From Podarcis filfolensis (lineage: Eukaryota), in assembly GCA_964270895.1 (NCBI GenBank), contig OZ185438.1: a DNA stretch of 64,000 nt, one strand, 5' to 3'. The translations under genes and the position numbers were made by a program. The notes beneath the pieces are model-generated. The model searched no databases and was not told where the DNA came from. It saw only the letters and a program-made list of their open reading frames with translations. Positions 52,436-63,756 of this stretch are shown one piece after another. The first letter of the stretch is position 1; each line of letters begins with the position of its first letter.

Positions 52436-53320
52436 AATAGAGAGAGTCCTGGGCTTGGATACAAAGGGCTGCTTCATGCATGCGTCAGGCTGCCCAGTGG
52501 ATTTTCACTTTCTAACAGTAGGCTTCTCCTCCCCGCTCAATTACGCCATGTAACTATTACTGGAAATCAGGTTTTCTTTTCTTAAAAAGTGTGCCCGTGC
52601 AGAATGCATTGCTGCTGTTCAAGGAATGGAGTAGTTGGCTGTGAAAGTCTAGTTTGGCCCATGTTTGTCAACCTCATCCCTTGCAAGCCACTTCTGTCCT
52701 TCAGGCCCTACTTTCCCCCTGTACTAGAGAAAGTGTAAGACCACAGCAGTTAACAGTGAACAAGTGTTTGTATGGTATTTTAATGGTTAATGTTAATACA
52801 GATACGTATGTTTCTCAAGAGAACATAAGGATATACAGCCAGACACATGCGGCCCTCTTTCTGCTGCTTATGCAGCTTTTGGCACCTAATGCTGCACATT
52901 GGCCATCCATGGAATGTAAATAAATGTTAAGTGAGGCCTGGTTGTCATAGGTTGTTTTGAAAGCTAACTTCAGGTCTAGCTTCTGCTGTTTTCAGAAACA
53001 CACTCTGTTGTGCCTAGTTGGGACTGGTAACTATTGGAGACCATTGCCATACCCTCTGGATAAAGTGCTGGTGATTTCTGCCAGTCACATGCCAGAAATT
53101 CACCTTTGCCTATAGGTAACCTTCTAATGTCTGCATCTGTCATACCATTGGGGCAGATTTCAACTTAGCATGCAATCAGACCTTTTCTTTTTAACCAGCC
53201 CACTTCAGTCCTAACTACCTGTCTTAAGCCCCTCCTCTCCATCACTACATTTTCTGCCTTCATATTTCTGTCATTGAGGCCTTCTTTTTCTCTTTCCTTC
53301 TCTGACATCTTCTTTCCCAG

Positions 53321-53413
53321 CTGTCTGCAGCATCCAGCCCATCCACTCAGAGTCCACACAGAGCTTCAGGGAAGGATCCTTTTGCAGAGCTCTCCCTCCA
53401 GGATTTCTTATAG
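53321..53413 (+). CDS. PICALM: PICALM alternative C-terminal exon 20a: LSAASSPSTQSPHRASGKDPFAELSLQDFL* (exon to donor at 53423)
   Basis: Pyrimidine tract of about 40 nt plus cccag, phase 0 matching exon 20, 30 sense codons then TAG, DPF motif, donor TAG|gtattg 10 nt later. Confidence 0.88.
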   Translation: MSAASSPSTQSPHRASGKDPFAELSLQDFL

Positions 53414-53604
53414 GACAATTTAGGTATTGCATGTTAACTCTGGGGGCACTGCAAGCTCGGATAATGCCTCGTTTGCTAACGTCCCTAGCAATATTCATCC
53501 TCACATTAAAATGACACAGTCTGGGGCTTTGTAAATTTGCATGTTGTTATTCTGTGACCTGCTATAAACCACGGCTGCTAATGTGGGATGCAAGAGAAGA
53601 AGAA

Positions 53605-53659
<55 letters not shown>

Positions 53660-54225
53660 CCACCCTTCATCCAAAGATCCCAGGGCGGTTCACAACAGAG
53701 AAATACAAAATGAGAATGCATAATAAAAACAAAAACTCATCGCCCCCCTCCCACAATCACCTTTAAAAAGGCCGGGTTGACAAGAAACATTTTCACCTGG
53801 TGCTTAAAGATACATAATGAAGATGTCAGGTGAGCCTCCCTGGGGAGAGCATTTCAGAAACAGGGAGCCACTGCAGAAAAGGCCAGTTCTCATGTTGCCA
53901 CCCTCCAGACCTCTCGTGGATAAGGCACATGAAGAAGGGCCTCAGATGATGGTCGCAGGGTCCAGGTTGGTTCATATGGGGAGAGGCAGTCCTTGAGGTA
54001 TTGTGGTCCTGAGCTGTTTAGGGCTTTATTTGTCAAAACCAGCACTTTGAATTGGGCCCGGAAACTCATTGACAGCTAGTGCAGTTGGACCAGGATTGGT
54101 GTAAATAATGCTCAAACCGCCTTGCCTGGTGAGTAAGCTGGCCACCAGATTGTGCACCGGCTAAAGGTTCCAAACCGTCTTCAGAGGCAGCCCTACATAT
54201 AATGTGTTGCAGCCTAGAGGTGGTC
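53605..54225 (-). mobile_element. L2 LINE 3' fragment with (TAT)18 tail
   Basis: Minus-strand CNTLYVGLPLKTVWNL (L2 ORF2 C-terminus), terminus GTGAACCGCCCTGGG and tail 53605-53658. Confidence 0.75.
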
Positions 54226-54986
54226 CACCAGCATCTGGAGGGGGTACAGGTTCTCTGCCCTTAATGCTAGACTTCTCATGCACCCCAACCCTCTTTCCCC
54301 ATGTGAAATAACTGAACCTCACATTCTCCAGAACAGAATCTTCACTAGCCCTGCAACTGAGCACATTGTGGGAAGAAGGCAAGTGGATTGACAGGCTGTC
54401 ATTGCATAATTTGTTCCCATTTATTGGAATGTTCATGCTCCAGAAAATGTACATTCTCTCCCCCCCCCCCACCTCTTGTCAATACCTTTGTTTTGTTTTG
54501 TTTTTTGCATAGCCTCCTAGGTCTAAAGCCCTCGTCTCTTTCAAGAGAGATGTGCTTTGACGTACTATATAGAAATCCATAATCCCTCCTGTAACTGCCA
54601 TAATGCTGTTTTCTGTTCATTTTATTGTCACCTGAAGAAATGACCTGAGATTCCTTCGCCAGTTTTATGACCGCAGTTTCCCATCCTCTCGGCTGCAGCT
54701 CAAGGGTTGCAGCCCACAGTTTAATTGCTTATCGCCCCAGAGGGCGATACAAGTGCAGTCGTTGCCAATGTGCCCTCTGGCTCTCTGGAAATGGGAATAG
54801 ACCTGCACATTCTACATGCAATAGGGAAATGCTGATCTTCGTTATACTGAAGCGCTATATATCTCTGTATTCCTGGTCTGCCACCTTGGAACCTACTTAG
54901 CCTATGGCCAGTGAATGGACGTTTGGAGGGGGAGGGCAGGTTAGTTGTGCAAACCCGTAAAACGGATGCCTTTCTTGTCTCCTCAG

Positions 54987-55001
54987 ATACAATTCATGTA
55001 A
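54987..55001 (+). CDS. PICALM: PICALM terminal exon 21, coding part: IQFM*
   Basis: cctcag|ATA CAA TTC ATG TAA. Confidence 0.96.
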   Translation: MQFM

Positions 55002-56575
55002 CCGCACCAGAAGGGGTGGGGCAGGAACAGTTCCAGAAAGACCCGTGCTCAACAACAGACCCTTCTTTCCAGCCAAATCAGAACTGATGCCTCAGCTCTC
55101 CTCTTCACTAGAACGGCCTGGTAAAACCACACAAGGCCCCACGACAGCAGTAGGAGCACCAACAACATAGGGCAGCCTTGAACCCCCGCAGCACTCTCGG
55201 TATAAAACCAAGAATTGCCACAATTTTGGTGTGGGATCTCTTTTTTCTTTTTCTTTCTCCCCCTTCCTGGTGACTTCTAATCATGTCAGTAACTCGCCAC
55301 CTGTTTTAACACTCTCCGTCAATAACACACACACACACAGAAGGAAGCCTCTTATTTTGCCACGAAGGGTACAACAAGCACCTGGAACTGCCGCTTGGAA
55401 CGAAGAGCTGGGCATCCTCTTACCGTTAACTCCAACGACTTTCTCTAGGGGATCAAATCCGAAAACACCCTTTTAATTCTGCCATTTCCTCTCTGCAGTC
55501 ATCGCAAATGTTAGACTCAATAATGGAAAGTTTTAACTTTTTAAAAAAAGAATTATATATTCCGTTTGCATAGACATTCCTTTATGTATTATTGTTTGTA
55601 TTTATTTATGATTATCAGTTTAAGTAACAATGTATCACAAAGCCTCCTTTGCGGGGAAATGAGCGTGGATGTATACAGTACGTCTCCCTTTTGGAGTTTC
55701 TTTTTCCCCCCTTCCCTCCCTCCCTCTCTTCCCATTTTTATTCACGAGAACTATTCTGATTCAGAGTGCATCTTCACTCCAGTAACGCACCCAAACTACA
55801 CAGAGCACTGAGTACGTTCAATGGTCTGAAAACACCAATTGTCCAAACTCCATGGGAATTAGTTCTGTTAAGGATTTTGGCAAGGGGTGGGGGGGGAGAA
55901 AAACAGCTGACTGGTTGGGAGGAGCACAGAATTTCTCGACCAGATGTTGGTGCTTCTGGGATGAACTTTTTTCCTTGCTTTGTGCTTGGCATGTCATTTA
56001 TCTTACACTTGACGTACGGCCTTTCCAAAATGAATGTGAGGAATTGCTTTCATTTTTAAAGACTTTCCTTCTTCTCTGTACAAAAACCAAGCAAACCCCG
56101 ATACAAACTTCTGAGGTATTACGTGAAAAAAAGCCTTCGATCTTTTCTTCTTCTTTATTTGCTAGTGCCAGCTCCATGATCATGTATCGTGAAATAGAAT
56201 AAAAACTCAGAAGAGAAGTTGTGTCTTTACTAAAGGGCACAACCCCAACCACCAAGTTCCCCAGCAGAAGCTCCATTCAGTCCGGTCTGGTGAGGGGCTT
56301 GTGCAGGAGAACTTCCTGGTGGGGTTGGCCTTTCAATGTTGTAGGAACCCTTTTAGTTTTTCTGCAGAATTTGAAGCAGCACTGTTGATCGGTGCTTTGT
56401 GTAAATACAATCATACCAGTTTGGGTGGCATCTGGGGCCTTAAGAAGGATAGTCAAAAGGCATGAAAGCAATTCTGTACATGAATTAAGCATACTTGCTG
56501 CATTGTCTCCGCAGATTCTATTTTTGTTTAAAATGTTTAAAAGTACGTTAGCAAAAAAAAAAAGGTGGATTTTCA

Positions 56576-56581
56576 AATAAA
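56576..56581 (+). terminator. PICALM: Likely main PICALM polyadenylation signal
   Basis: AATAAA followed by G/U-rich downstream sequence (56628-56665). Other AATAAA hexamers at 56198-56203 and 56990-56995. Confidence 0.6.
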
Positions 56582-57559
56582 ATGCAGCTTCCACAGAATT
56601 TCTGTTTATAGTACGAAGGTCTACAATGGTGGGTTGGGATGTGGGGGGGTCTGTTTGGTTTTTTGTTGCCATTTTGCAAGGTAAAATGTGCTTTGATACA
56701 CTGTGAGTGGAGATTGACATTTTGGCTGCTTTTGCAACTTGGTCCATTGCATTAGTGGAGATGTATGTGGACAACTTTTAAACACAGCTGAACATGGTTT
56801 GCATTTAGGGCTCAGCTAGCCTTCTAAATCCAATTTCATCAAGTCCTGTGCTCAGGTTAAAAACCCTTTGGGGGTGGGTGAATTTGCCATTAAAGGGGGA
56901 ATGCCTGAATTGTGCCAACTTCACACTTGTGCCATTTTTTATTTTTATTTTTGGTTCAGCTATGCCCAATGACCTGTCAAGATTGAGGTAATAAAATTTG
57001 ACTGGCCGGTACAGTTGAGACTGTGTATTAGGGAGAAGACCAGACTGGAATTCTCCAAACAGTGCTTTTCTATGTTATAGGGAGCATTCCTCCCTCCACT
57101 TCTATAGGGATGCCTGAACTATTGAAAGTAGGTTGCGTGTCCTATCCTTGATGGTAACTTCCACAAAGAAGCAGTATTTGTGCTTAAGACTGTGCTTACA
57201 AGTTTGGGACCTAAGCCCTGCCAGCTCACAAAATCAGGTGGTCAACCCTAGACTGTTTCTCTACATACTCAACCATGCCCAAAGTTGTTTGTGGATGTTG
57301 AGAGGTCCTCTCTCTCCCCTTGTATTCATATGGAACAGAACCTATCTCTCATGAGGTACCTAACTACAGCAAAGAGCAGCCAAGCTTAGCCGAGCAGCCT
57401 TGTAGAAGGTGCTTTGTTTAAGCCACAAATCCCATTGTCCAGCAGAAAGGAAAAGCCCGCTCACAGGTTGTGTGCTAGCTAGCAGTTTTTCTTTTAACCA
57501 GAATGGTGGAAGCTAAGCAACTTAGAAGCCCAGATGAGCAGAAACCAATCTGAAGCTGG

Positions 57560-57700
57560 CTACTAGTGGAGTCAGGGCCAACAAAAGGAACATTTTCACA
57601 CAGCACATAGTTAAGCTGTCAAATTCATTCCCACAAGAGGTAGTGAGAGTTACAAACATGGATGTCTTTAAAAGAAGATTGAGCAAACTGAGGGATAAGG
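57560..57700 (+). mobile_element. CR1 ORF2 C-terminal fragment
   Basis: TTCACACAGCACATAGTTAAGCTG...TTTAAAAGAAGATT resembles the CR1 FTQRIVKLWNSLPQEV...FKR region. Confidence 0.6.
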
Positions 57701-58370
57701 CTGTGTTCTCCCTCCACTCTTGGGGGCACTGTTTCATTTAATCTTCACGCCCCAAGGTGATGTACAAAATGCTGAAGATGTTGCAAAGCAACATAAAGAA
57801 CTTGAGTTTTAAAATACAGTAATGCAAATTGGGTACATATGACAGAGACGCACACATCCCACTGGAAAAATTTGTCAGAACAAAAAAAATAAATGTACGT
57901 TTGATGTGATCTCGCCCCTTTCTACAAACTCCCAAGGCGGTTTTAAACAAGCCACTATCCTGCAGGTTGGTTGTAAGAACTGAGAACACGTGTGAAGGTC
58001 TTCGATGGCCCTGATAACACTGGTAAATGTAAGTTGGTGCCATATCTTGTGAGACTCATGGGTCCAGGAGCACTGAGGATTTTTCTCCAGTCAAACGGTA
58101 TAAAGATTTCATGAAATGACTACATTAAACCTTCACAGACGGCAAAAATCAAACCAGAGCCACTTGCAATAGTAATTCAGATCCTGTATTTGGTGCATAG
58201 GAGGAATGGGAATACAATATACGCAATCTACATACCCTTGTAAATATACCCAATATTAACATCTTTGCTATGCAAGTCAACATTTAAGTGTCATACGAAG
58301 GGTGGGGGAGTTCCAACAACCGGAAGCCTATTTTTGAAAAGAAAAGCAGTAGCCTCTACCTTCCTCGCTC

Positions 58371-58547
58371 TCAATGAAATATGGATTTGATCATCTGGTA
58401 GGTGATGCGCTGCTGAGGCCGGCTGGCGTCATATTTTTCTTCAAGCTTTGTTCTGCTTGGCATTTCCCGGGCATCCTCATGAACTGGCATAGTCTGGCCC
58501 ACCGTAGTCATCAATTTCACTGCCAGGGGCCCCAGATCCTTGTACTC
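58371..58547 (-). CDS. CCDC83: CCDC83 last coding exon: EYKDLGPLAVKLMTTVGQTMPVHEDAREMPSRTKLEEKYDASRPQQRITYQMIKSIFH*
   Basis: ctccag acceptor, 59 codons including TGA. Resembles the recalled human C-terminus (LGPLGVKLM...ITYKMMKSF). Synteny with PICALM. Confidence 0.88.
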   Translation of the reverse strand, partial: EYKDLGPLAVKLMTTVGQTMPVHEDAREMPSRTKLEEKYDASRPQQRITYQMIKSIFH

Positions 58548-58684
58548 CTGGAGTTCAGATGGACACAGATTAGCATGTTACCCAGTAGAAAACATTCCTC
58601 TCCTGCATCTTAAAATGACCATGGCATAACCGAATAAGTAAATCTCTGATAGAAATGACAACAATCCACAATCGCCACGCTGTT

Positions 58685-58845
58685 GCTGGAGGAGTACTAA
58701 ACGGCTGCTGTTCAAATCCTTGCTCACTTGGGTAAGCTTGGGCCACTTGACCCAACCCCTCAGGGTGGCTTGTGAATAAAATGATCGGGAGAGCTATATA
58801 TGCTGTCTTGGGCTTCTTGGAGGCAAGGCAAAGTTATAGATACGA
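58685..58845 (+). mobile_element. MIR/Squam-like SINE fragment
   Basis: GTTCAAATCC B-box, CTTGGG core, TATGCTGTCTTGGGCTTCTTGGAGG 3' part. Confidence 0.5.
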
Positions 58846-59119
58846 TAATTAAATGCTGGGAAATCTAGGTTGCTGCTGCATGAGCAGCAGCTAACGAGCA
58901 CCCAGGCACAAAGGGCCATCTAGCCAATTTCCTGGGGTGCCAAAATTTCAAGAGTGGCTGCCTCAACCCTGCAAAATGTCTTAAGTGAGAGTGCAGGGTG
59001 AGATCTCTGCGTTCCGGGTAGACTTTGTTGATCATGCACAAGGGGAGGAAATAATATCCTGGTCAACTCCTGACCGTTTTTAGGAGCTATGTTGCTGAGG
59101 GCATGATCAGGCTCAAACG

Positions 59120-59156
<37 letters not shown>

Positions 59157-59267
59157 CAAACAAACCAGTTTTAATTGCCCAGGTCAGCACAAACCTTTTG
59201 GGCACATTATTACCTCACCCTTTCTACCTAAAATCCTAACGCAGAGAAGAGGAAAGTAGATACTTGC

Positions 59268-59446
59268 CTTGAAATCATTTGAGTCTTCGTACAGGATAGG
59301 GGGGAGAATTTGACCAAGAGAATCTGTTTGCATTTGAATCACTTCAAAACTGTCATCTAGCAGATTTTCTGCTGCCTCCTGTCTGTCTTTGTGATCCACG
59401 TTGAGAACCATTTCCGATATTAATGATGTACTTTCAGCTTCCACTT
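59268..59446 (-). CDS. CCDC83: CCDC83 penultimate exon (179 bp): VEAESTSLISEMVLNVDHKDRQEAAENLLDDSFEVIQMQTDSLGQILPPILYEDSNDFK; GC donor
   Basis: ttttccctcccctcgcctctgcag acceptor in phase 1; LYEDSNDFK resembles human LYEDEKDFK; donor AAG|GCAAGT. Confidence 0.82.
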
Positions 59447-60514
59447 CTGCAGAGGCGAGGGGAGGGAAAACACTTTCTGCAATACTCCTGTTAATAAAAC
59501 TTTGCTGCAACAATGGTGGTGGCGGAGGGGAGGGAATTCTATCTATTACTGCTTGCTGGGCTTTGAAATTTATTCTGCTATGCAATGGTGGGTGGGGAAG
59601 CTCAGTCCGAGGGCCACATTGTTTCCTGGGGAAACTTCTGAGGGCCATATGCCAGGGCTGGCAGGGCCAGATACAAAGCTGGACACCTTTGTACAGTAGT
59701 CTAATTTCTCCCCCTGTGTCCTCCATCCGGACCGACGAGGCATTTTTTAAAAAACCCAGATATTGCCAATCCACAACTAGCAACACTGTTCATGGCCTGG
59801 TATTTATTAGGATGGAATAATAGGACTGTCGTGTTGGAAGGACCCCGAGGAACATATAGGCCAACCCCCTGTAGTACAGGATCTGTCCCACACAGGGACT
59901 GAACCTTGGCATTATCAGCAACATGCTCTAACCTACTGAGCTGATGTATTTACCTGTGTTCTTTCTGACAGCCAAATGAGAATAGTACAGCCTGCCTGGC
60001 CCAGTCTACTGCGCTTGGCCTAACCGTGCAGCGATCAGCTGTTTTATCAGGGATGGGGGTGAAAACTGAACATAACACCCGTGAGAAGCTTGCTGGCGAG
60101 ATTATTGCATTTTTAGGACAGCTTCAGTCCTACAGCAAGTGGAATGAAGAAAGGCAATGCACACACACACACACACAGGACATATTTTGTGTGTGTGTGT
60201 TTTCCTTATCCAGGTAGGGATTTGCACACTATTAAGTTTTCTTCCATGCTTGTTTGACCCTTGCTTGCTAGGGGCAAAAGCACTTGACCATACAGTAATG
60301 ATTGAGTTCACCTTCACAAGTGAGGCAGAGCATAACAGAGTTGGTTCTTAAGTCCCAACTTTCCAGCTTTCCAGTTACACCAGCTTCCAGGATGTCCACA
60401 GTGGGATATTTCTCACCGATAAACTATCACGGGGCTGTGAGGGCCATTTCTTAGGGAGGCAAGGCTGTAACGTCTGCATCACTATTACAATCAACTCAAT
60501 AGAAAGGGGATTAC

Positions 60515-60582
60515 CAGAAAGGCCAACGTATTCCTGGTCTCCAAGCATCTGCAGGCCAGCTCCCTGGGTAAGAAATAACTTT
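60515..60582 (-). CDS. CCDC83: CCDC83 exon (68 bp): KLFLTQGAGLQMLGDQEYVGLS
   Basis: ttttccag and gtaatc boundaries, phase 2 to 1; resembles human RLYLTQAAGL. Confidence 0.85.
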
Positions 60583-61863
60583 CTGGAAAATTAAAAGGAG
60601 AAGAAGCAACATCAAAAGGTTTGAAATTCTGTCTTCTCTTGTAACATAGAACAGTGGCACATCTTTAAAGTGCCACTGGAATTATTCTCTTGTATGCCCT
60701 GAGCTCTTGTTAACGTTCATATTTTTCTTTAAATACTTATAAACTGAGCTTTCATAGAAATACACGAAGGCAGTGTACAAAACTACAATAAGGCCACACC
60801 CAGGGTTGAACATGGGACCTTTTGCACGAAAGCATATGTTCTGCTACCGAACAACAGCCTTTCACCTTCGAAGACAAGGATCGGGTGCCTTTTTGGCTCC
60901 CCGGCTCAAATCTTCATCAGGATTGGCCATGTGGACCAAATTTGGCAGGTGGGTGGAGTCACCCACCTGATGTCACGATGACAATACACGATTTGGCCAC
61001 TTTGAAGTCCCTAAGTCGGGACTTCAAAGCACCTTGCTGAAGCAGAAGGGTGGGAAACCTGAGTTTTAGCAGCGAGGTTCAGTGCAAAACCCTTTGCGAT
61101 TGTTAAGGGGCTTGCACAAATGAAGTGTTTTCTCCTGCGTTTTAGGATGAGCTTCACTACAAAACTCTTCCTGATTGATCAGCTGATGGTTGGGAAGGTT
61201 AAAAGGCCTGCTCAGTGTGGCCCATGCACCAGGTAAATCATGTCGCATTGGCTGAGCATGCCAGTTCCCTAGAAAGAAGTGACTTGCGTAGCCAAACTAA
61301 GGATTGGGTGGGTGAGTCGGAATCCTGGCCCCTTGCCTTCATTAATTTACCATTTAAAATGCCTTTTGTTTCACAATTGGGATGGTTAGCCAGCAATGAA
61401 AGCGGGCAGGGCTTTTATTTCCTTGCCAAGAGCAATTTGCAGCGACTCCAGTCAGTGTGGCAATGATAGCTACTCGTCCAAATTACTGATTAGGGGAGAT
61501 TTATTCAATTTATTCAAAATTAATGTGAAAGAGAAGAGCTGCAGCTTGTTAATTCTGTCCTTTCCATGCCAATGCTGCTCCTCTGAAGGATATTTTCCTT
61601 CGTAATTATCAAGTGGCTTAAAGCTTTATATTTAGCTGTTTGCTTGCACGTTTGTTTATTTATTCGATTTGTCAATTGCTTCCTATTAAATGTCTCAATG
61701 CGATTTTGCAGCAAAAGAGCAATAATAACGCCAATTGAAAAACAATTTCAAATCCAGTACAGGTATGTATAGACTAGGAAATTGGCTTGAATGTCTCCAA
61801 CAGGTGCCGAAAAGACAATAGAGACAGGGCCTGTCAGAGAAGCACTGGAAGCTTACATTGGTA

Positions 61864-62513
61864 AGTGGTACCTTGGTTCTCAAATGCCTTGGTTCTCAAA
61901 CACTGAAATCCTGGAAGTGAGTGTTCCAGTTTTCGAACGTTTTTCAGAAGCCAATTGTCCAATGCGGCTGTCGGCTATTGTTTCCAGGGCACCTGCACCA
62001 ACTAGAAGCTGTGCCTTGGTTTTCAAACATTTCAGAAATCAAACGGACTCCTGGAATATATTAAGTTTGGCGCTTTTGTTTTTGCTATTTATTTTGCGTT
62101 TTTGAAGCTTTTTCAGTTAATTTGTTTTTGTGAGTGTGTGGAACCCAGTTCAGCTACTGATTGATTGATTGATTGATTGTGTGACTGCGGAAATGGATAA
62201 AAGCCCCCCATCCCAACAATGACCATCTTCAGTGCAGGTAAGGAAAATAATTAATTTTTATTTTTATCATCTACAATACTGTCTTATTTATTTTACAGTA
62301 CATTGATTATTGCTTTCATTTTATGGATCAATGGTCTCATTAGATAGTAAAATTCATGTTAAATTGCTGTTTTAGGGGTTGTTTTTAAAAGTCTGGAACG
62401 GATTCATCCATTTTGCATTACTTTCTATGGGAAAGCGCATCTTGGTTTTGGGACGCTTTGGTTTTCGAACAGACTTCCAGAATGGATTAAGTCTGAGAAA
62501 CAAGGTACCACTG
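61864..62513. mobile_element. Tigger/pogo-like non-autonomous transposon (about 650 bp)
   Basis: Termini AGTGGTACCTTG...CAAGGTACCACTG with TA flanks; shares terminal sequence with the 240-bp MITEs. Confidence 0.75.
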
Positions 62514-62683
62514 TATGTGTTTTAGTAAATAATAAAACATCAGGATTTTTATTTATTTAATTTTTTTTTATTTTTTTTTACTGTTTGGCATACTATAGTT
62601 TGCTCAAGGGCCAAAGAGTCAAGTCAACTCTTTAGCTCCTGTGCTTCGTCAGTGTTTGTGCAATGCTAGGAGAACACCTTTAC

Positions 62684-62805
62684 CTGGGAACTTTAAGGAA
62701 CTGCATCCTACGCTCAAAGAGTTTGTTGATGAGGTAGATGTTCTCCTTCTCCAGTTCGTGGACCGAGGCTTCCAAATCGCTCACTTCCTTTTTGTACCCT
62801 GCCAC
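62684..62805 (-). CDS. CCDC83: CCDC83 coiled-coil exon (122 bp): VAGYKKEVSDLEASVHELEKENIYLINKLFERRMQFLKVPR
   Basis: ggcag and gtaaag boundaries, phase 0 to 2; heptad pattern; resembles human [21 protein letters not shown]...LKIPR. Confidence 0.9.
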
Positions 62806-62871
62806 CTGCCATGAGATATGAAACCCTGAGCTGAAGTCCTTTGCCTTCTGCCAAACCACCGAGACAGCCCT

Positions 62872-63756
62872 ATGCTAGGCATTCAAACTGGAAGCAGCTC
62901 ATTTCTGCAGGTGGCCCAGCTGTGTCCCTACCTGGACAGGGACAGCCTAACTTCTGTTGTCTATGCTCTGGTAACCTCTAGATTGGATTACTACAATGCG
63001 TTATATGTGGGGCTGCCTCTGGAGACGGTTCAGAAGCTTCAGGTGGTGCAGAATTTGGTGGTCAGGGGCAAAAGAGTTTGAGCATATTACAATGGTACTG
63101 TGGGTTAAGAACTTAATTTGTTCTGGAGGTCCGCTCTTAACCTGAAACTGTTCTTAACCTGAAGCACCACTTTAGCTAAAGGGGCCTCCCGCTGCCGCCG
63201 GAGCACAATTTCTGTTCTCATCTTGAAGCAAAGTTCTTAACCAGAGGTACTATTTCTGGGATAGCAGAGTCTGTAACCTGAAACGTCTGTAACCCGATGT
63301 ACCACTGTACACCGATCCTGGCCCGACTGCATTGGCTGCCAATGAGTTTCCGGGTCCAATTCAAAGTGCTGGCTTTGACCTATAAAGCCCTAAAACAGCT
63401 CTGCATTCATCATCTGAGGCCCTTCTTCGTGTGCCTCCTTCACATGAGGTCCAGAGGGTGGCAACATAAGAACAGGGCCTTTTCTGCAGTGGCTCCCCAT
63501 TTGTAGAATTCTCTCCCCAGGGAAGTTTGGCTGGTGCCTTCATTGTAGACCTTTGGGCACTAGGCAAAAATGTTCCTCTTCAACCCGGCCTTTGGCTAAC
63601 TGACATCCGATGCCCTTTTAAATGTGACGTGTGGGCATTATGGTTTTTTTGTTACTCTCTTTTTTCACTATGTATTTTGTGGTTTTAATATTATAATTCT
63701 ATGCTGTGAACTGCCCTGAGCTCTATGGATGAATGTCGGTATACAAATTTAATTTA

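Larger units (their letters stand above)
1..56600 (+). other. PICALM: PICALM gene span, 5'-partial (intron 1 to 3'UTR)
   Basis: Twenty canonical coding exons (2-21) splice in frame to the CALM ANTH domain plus the disordered motif-rich tail. No exon 1 or promoter-type CpG island was seen in the window. Confidence 0.97.

Noticed and set aside
53554-53766. Poly-tyrosine ORF
   Set aside because: It is the (TAT)18 tail of an antisense L2 element.
56277-56774. 165-aa antisense ORF over the PICALM 3'UTR
   Set aside because: No domain resemblance or splice context; composition looks like translated UTR.
59184-59786. Longest ORF in the track (200 aa, minus strand) as a stand-alone gene
   Set aside because: Only 59268-59446 is exon-like and belongs to CCDC83; the rest is open intron on either side.
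59954-60130. Possible additional CCDC83 exon (good acceptor at 60130, donor at 59954)
   Set aside because: From the strong acceptor all three frames hit stops. An open 139-nt variant from 60092 needs a weak acceptor and shows no similarity to CCDC83.
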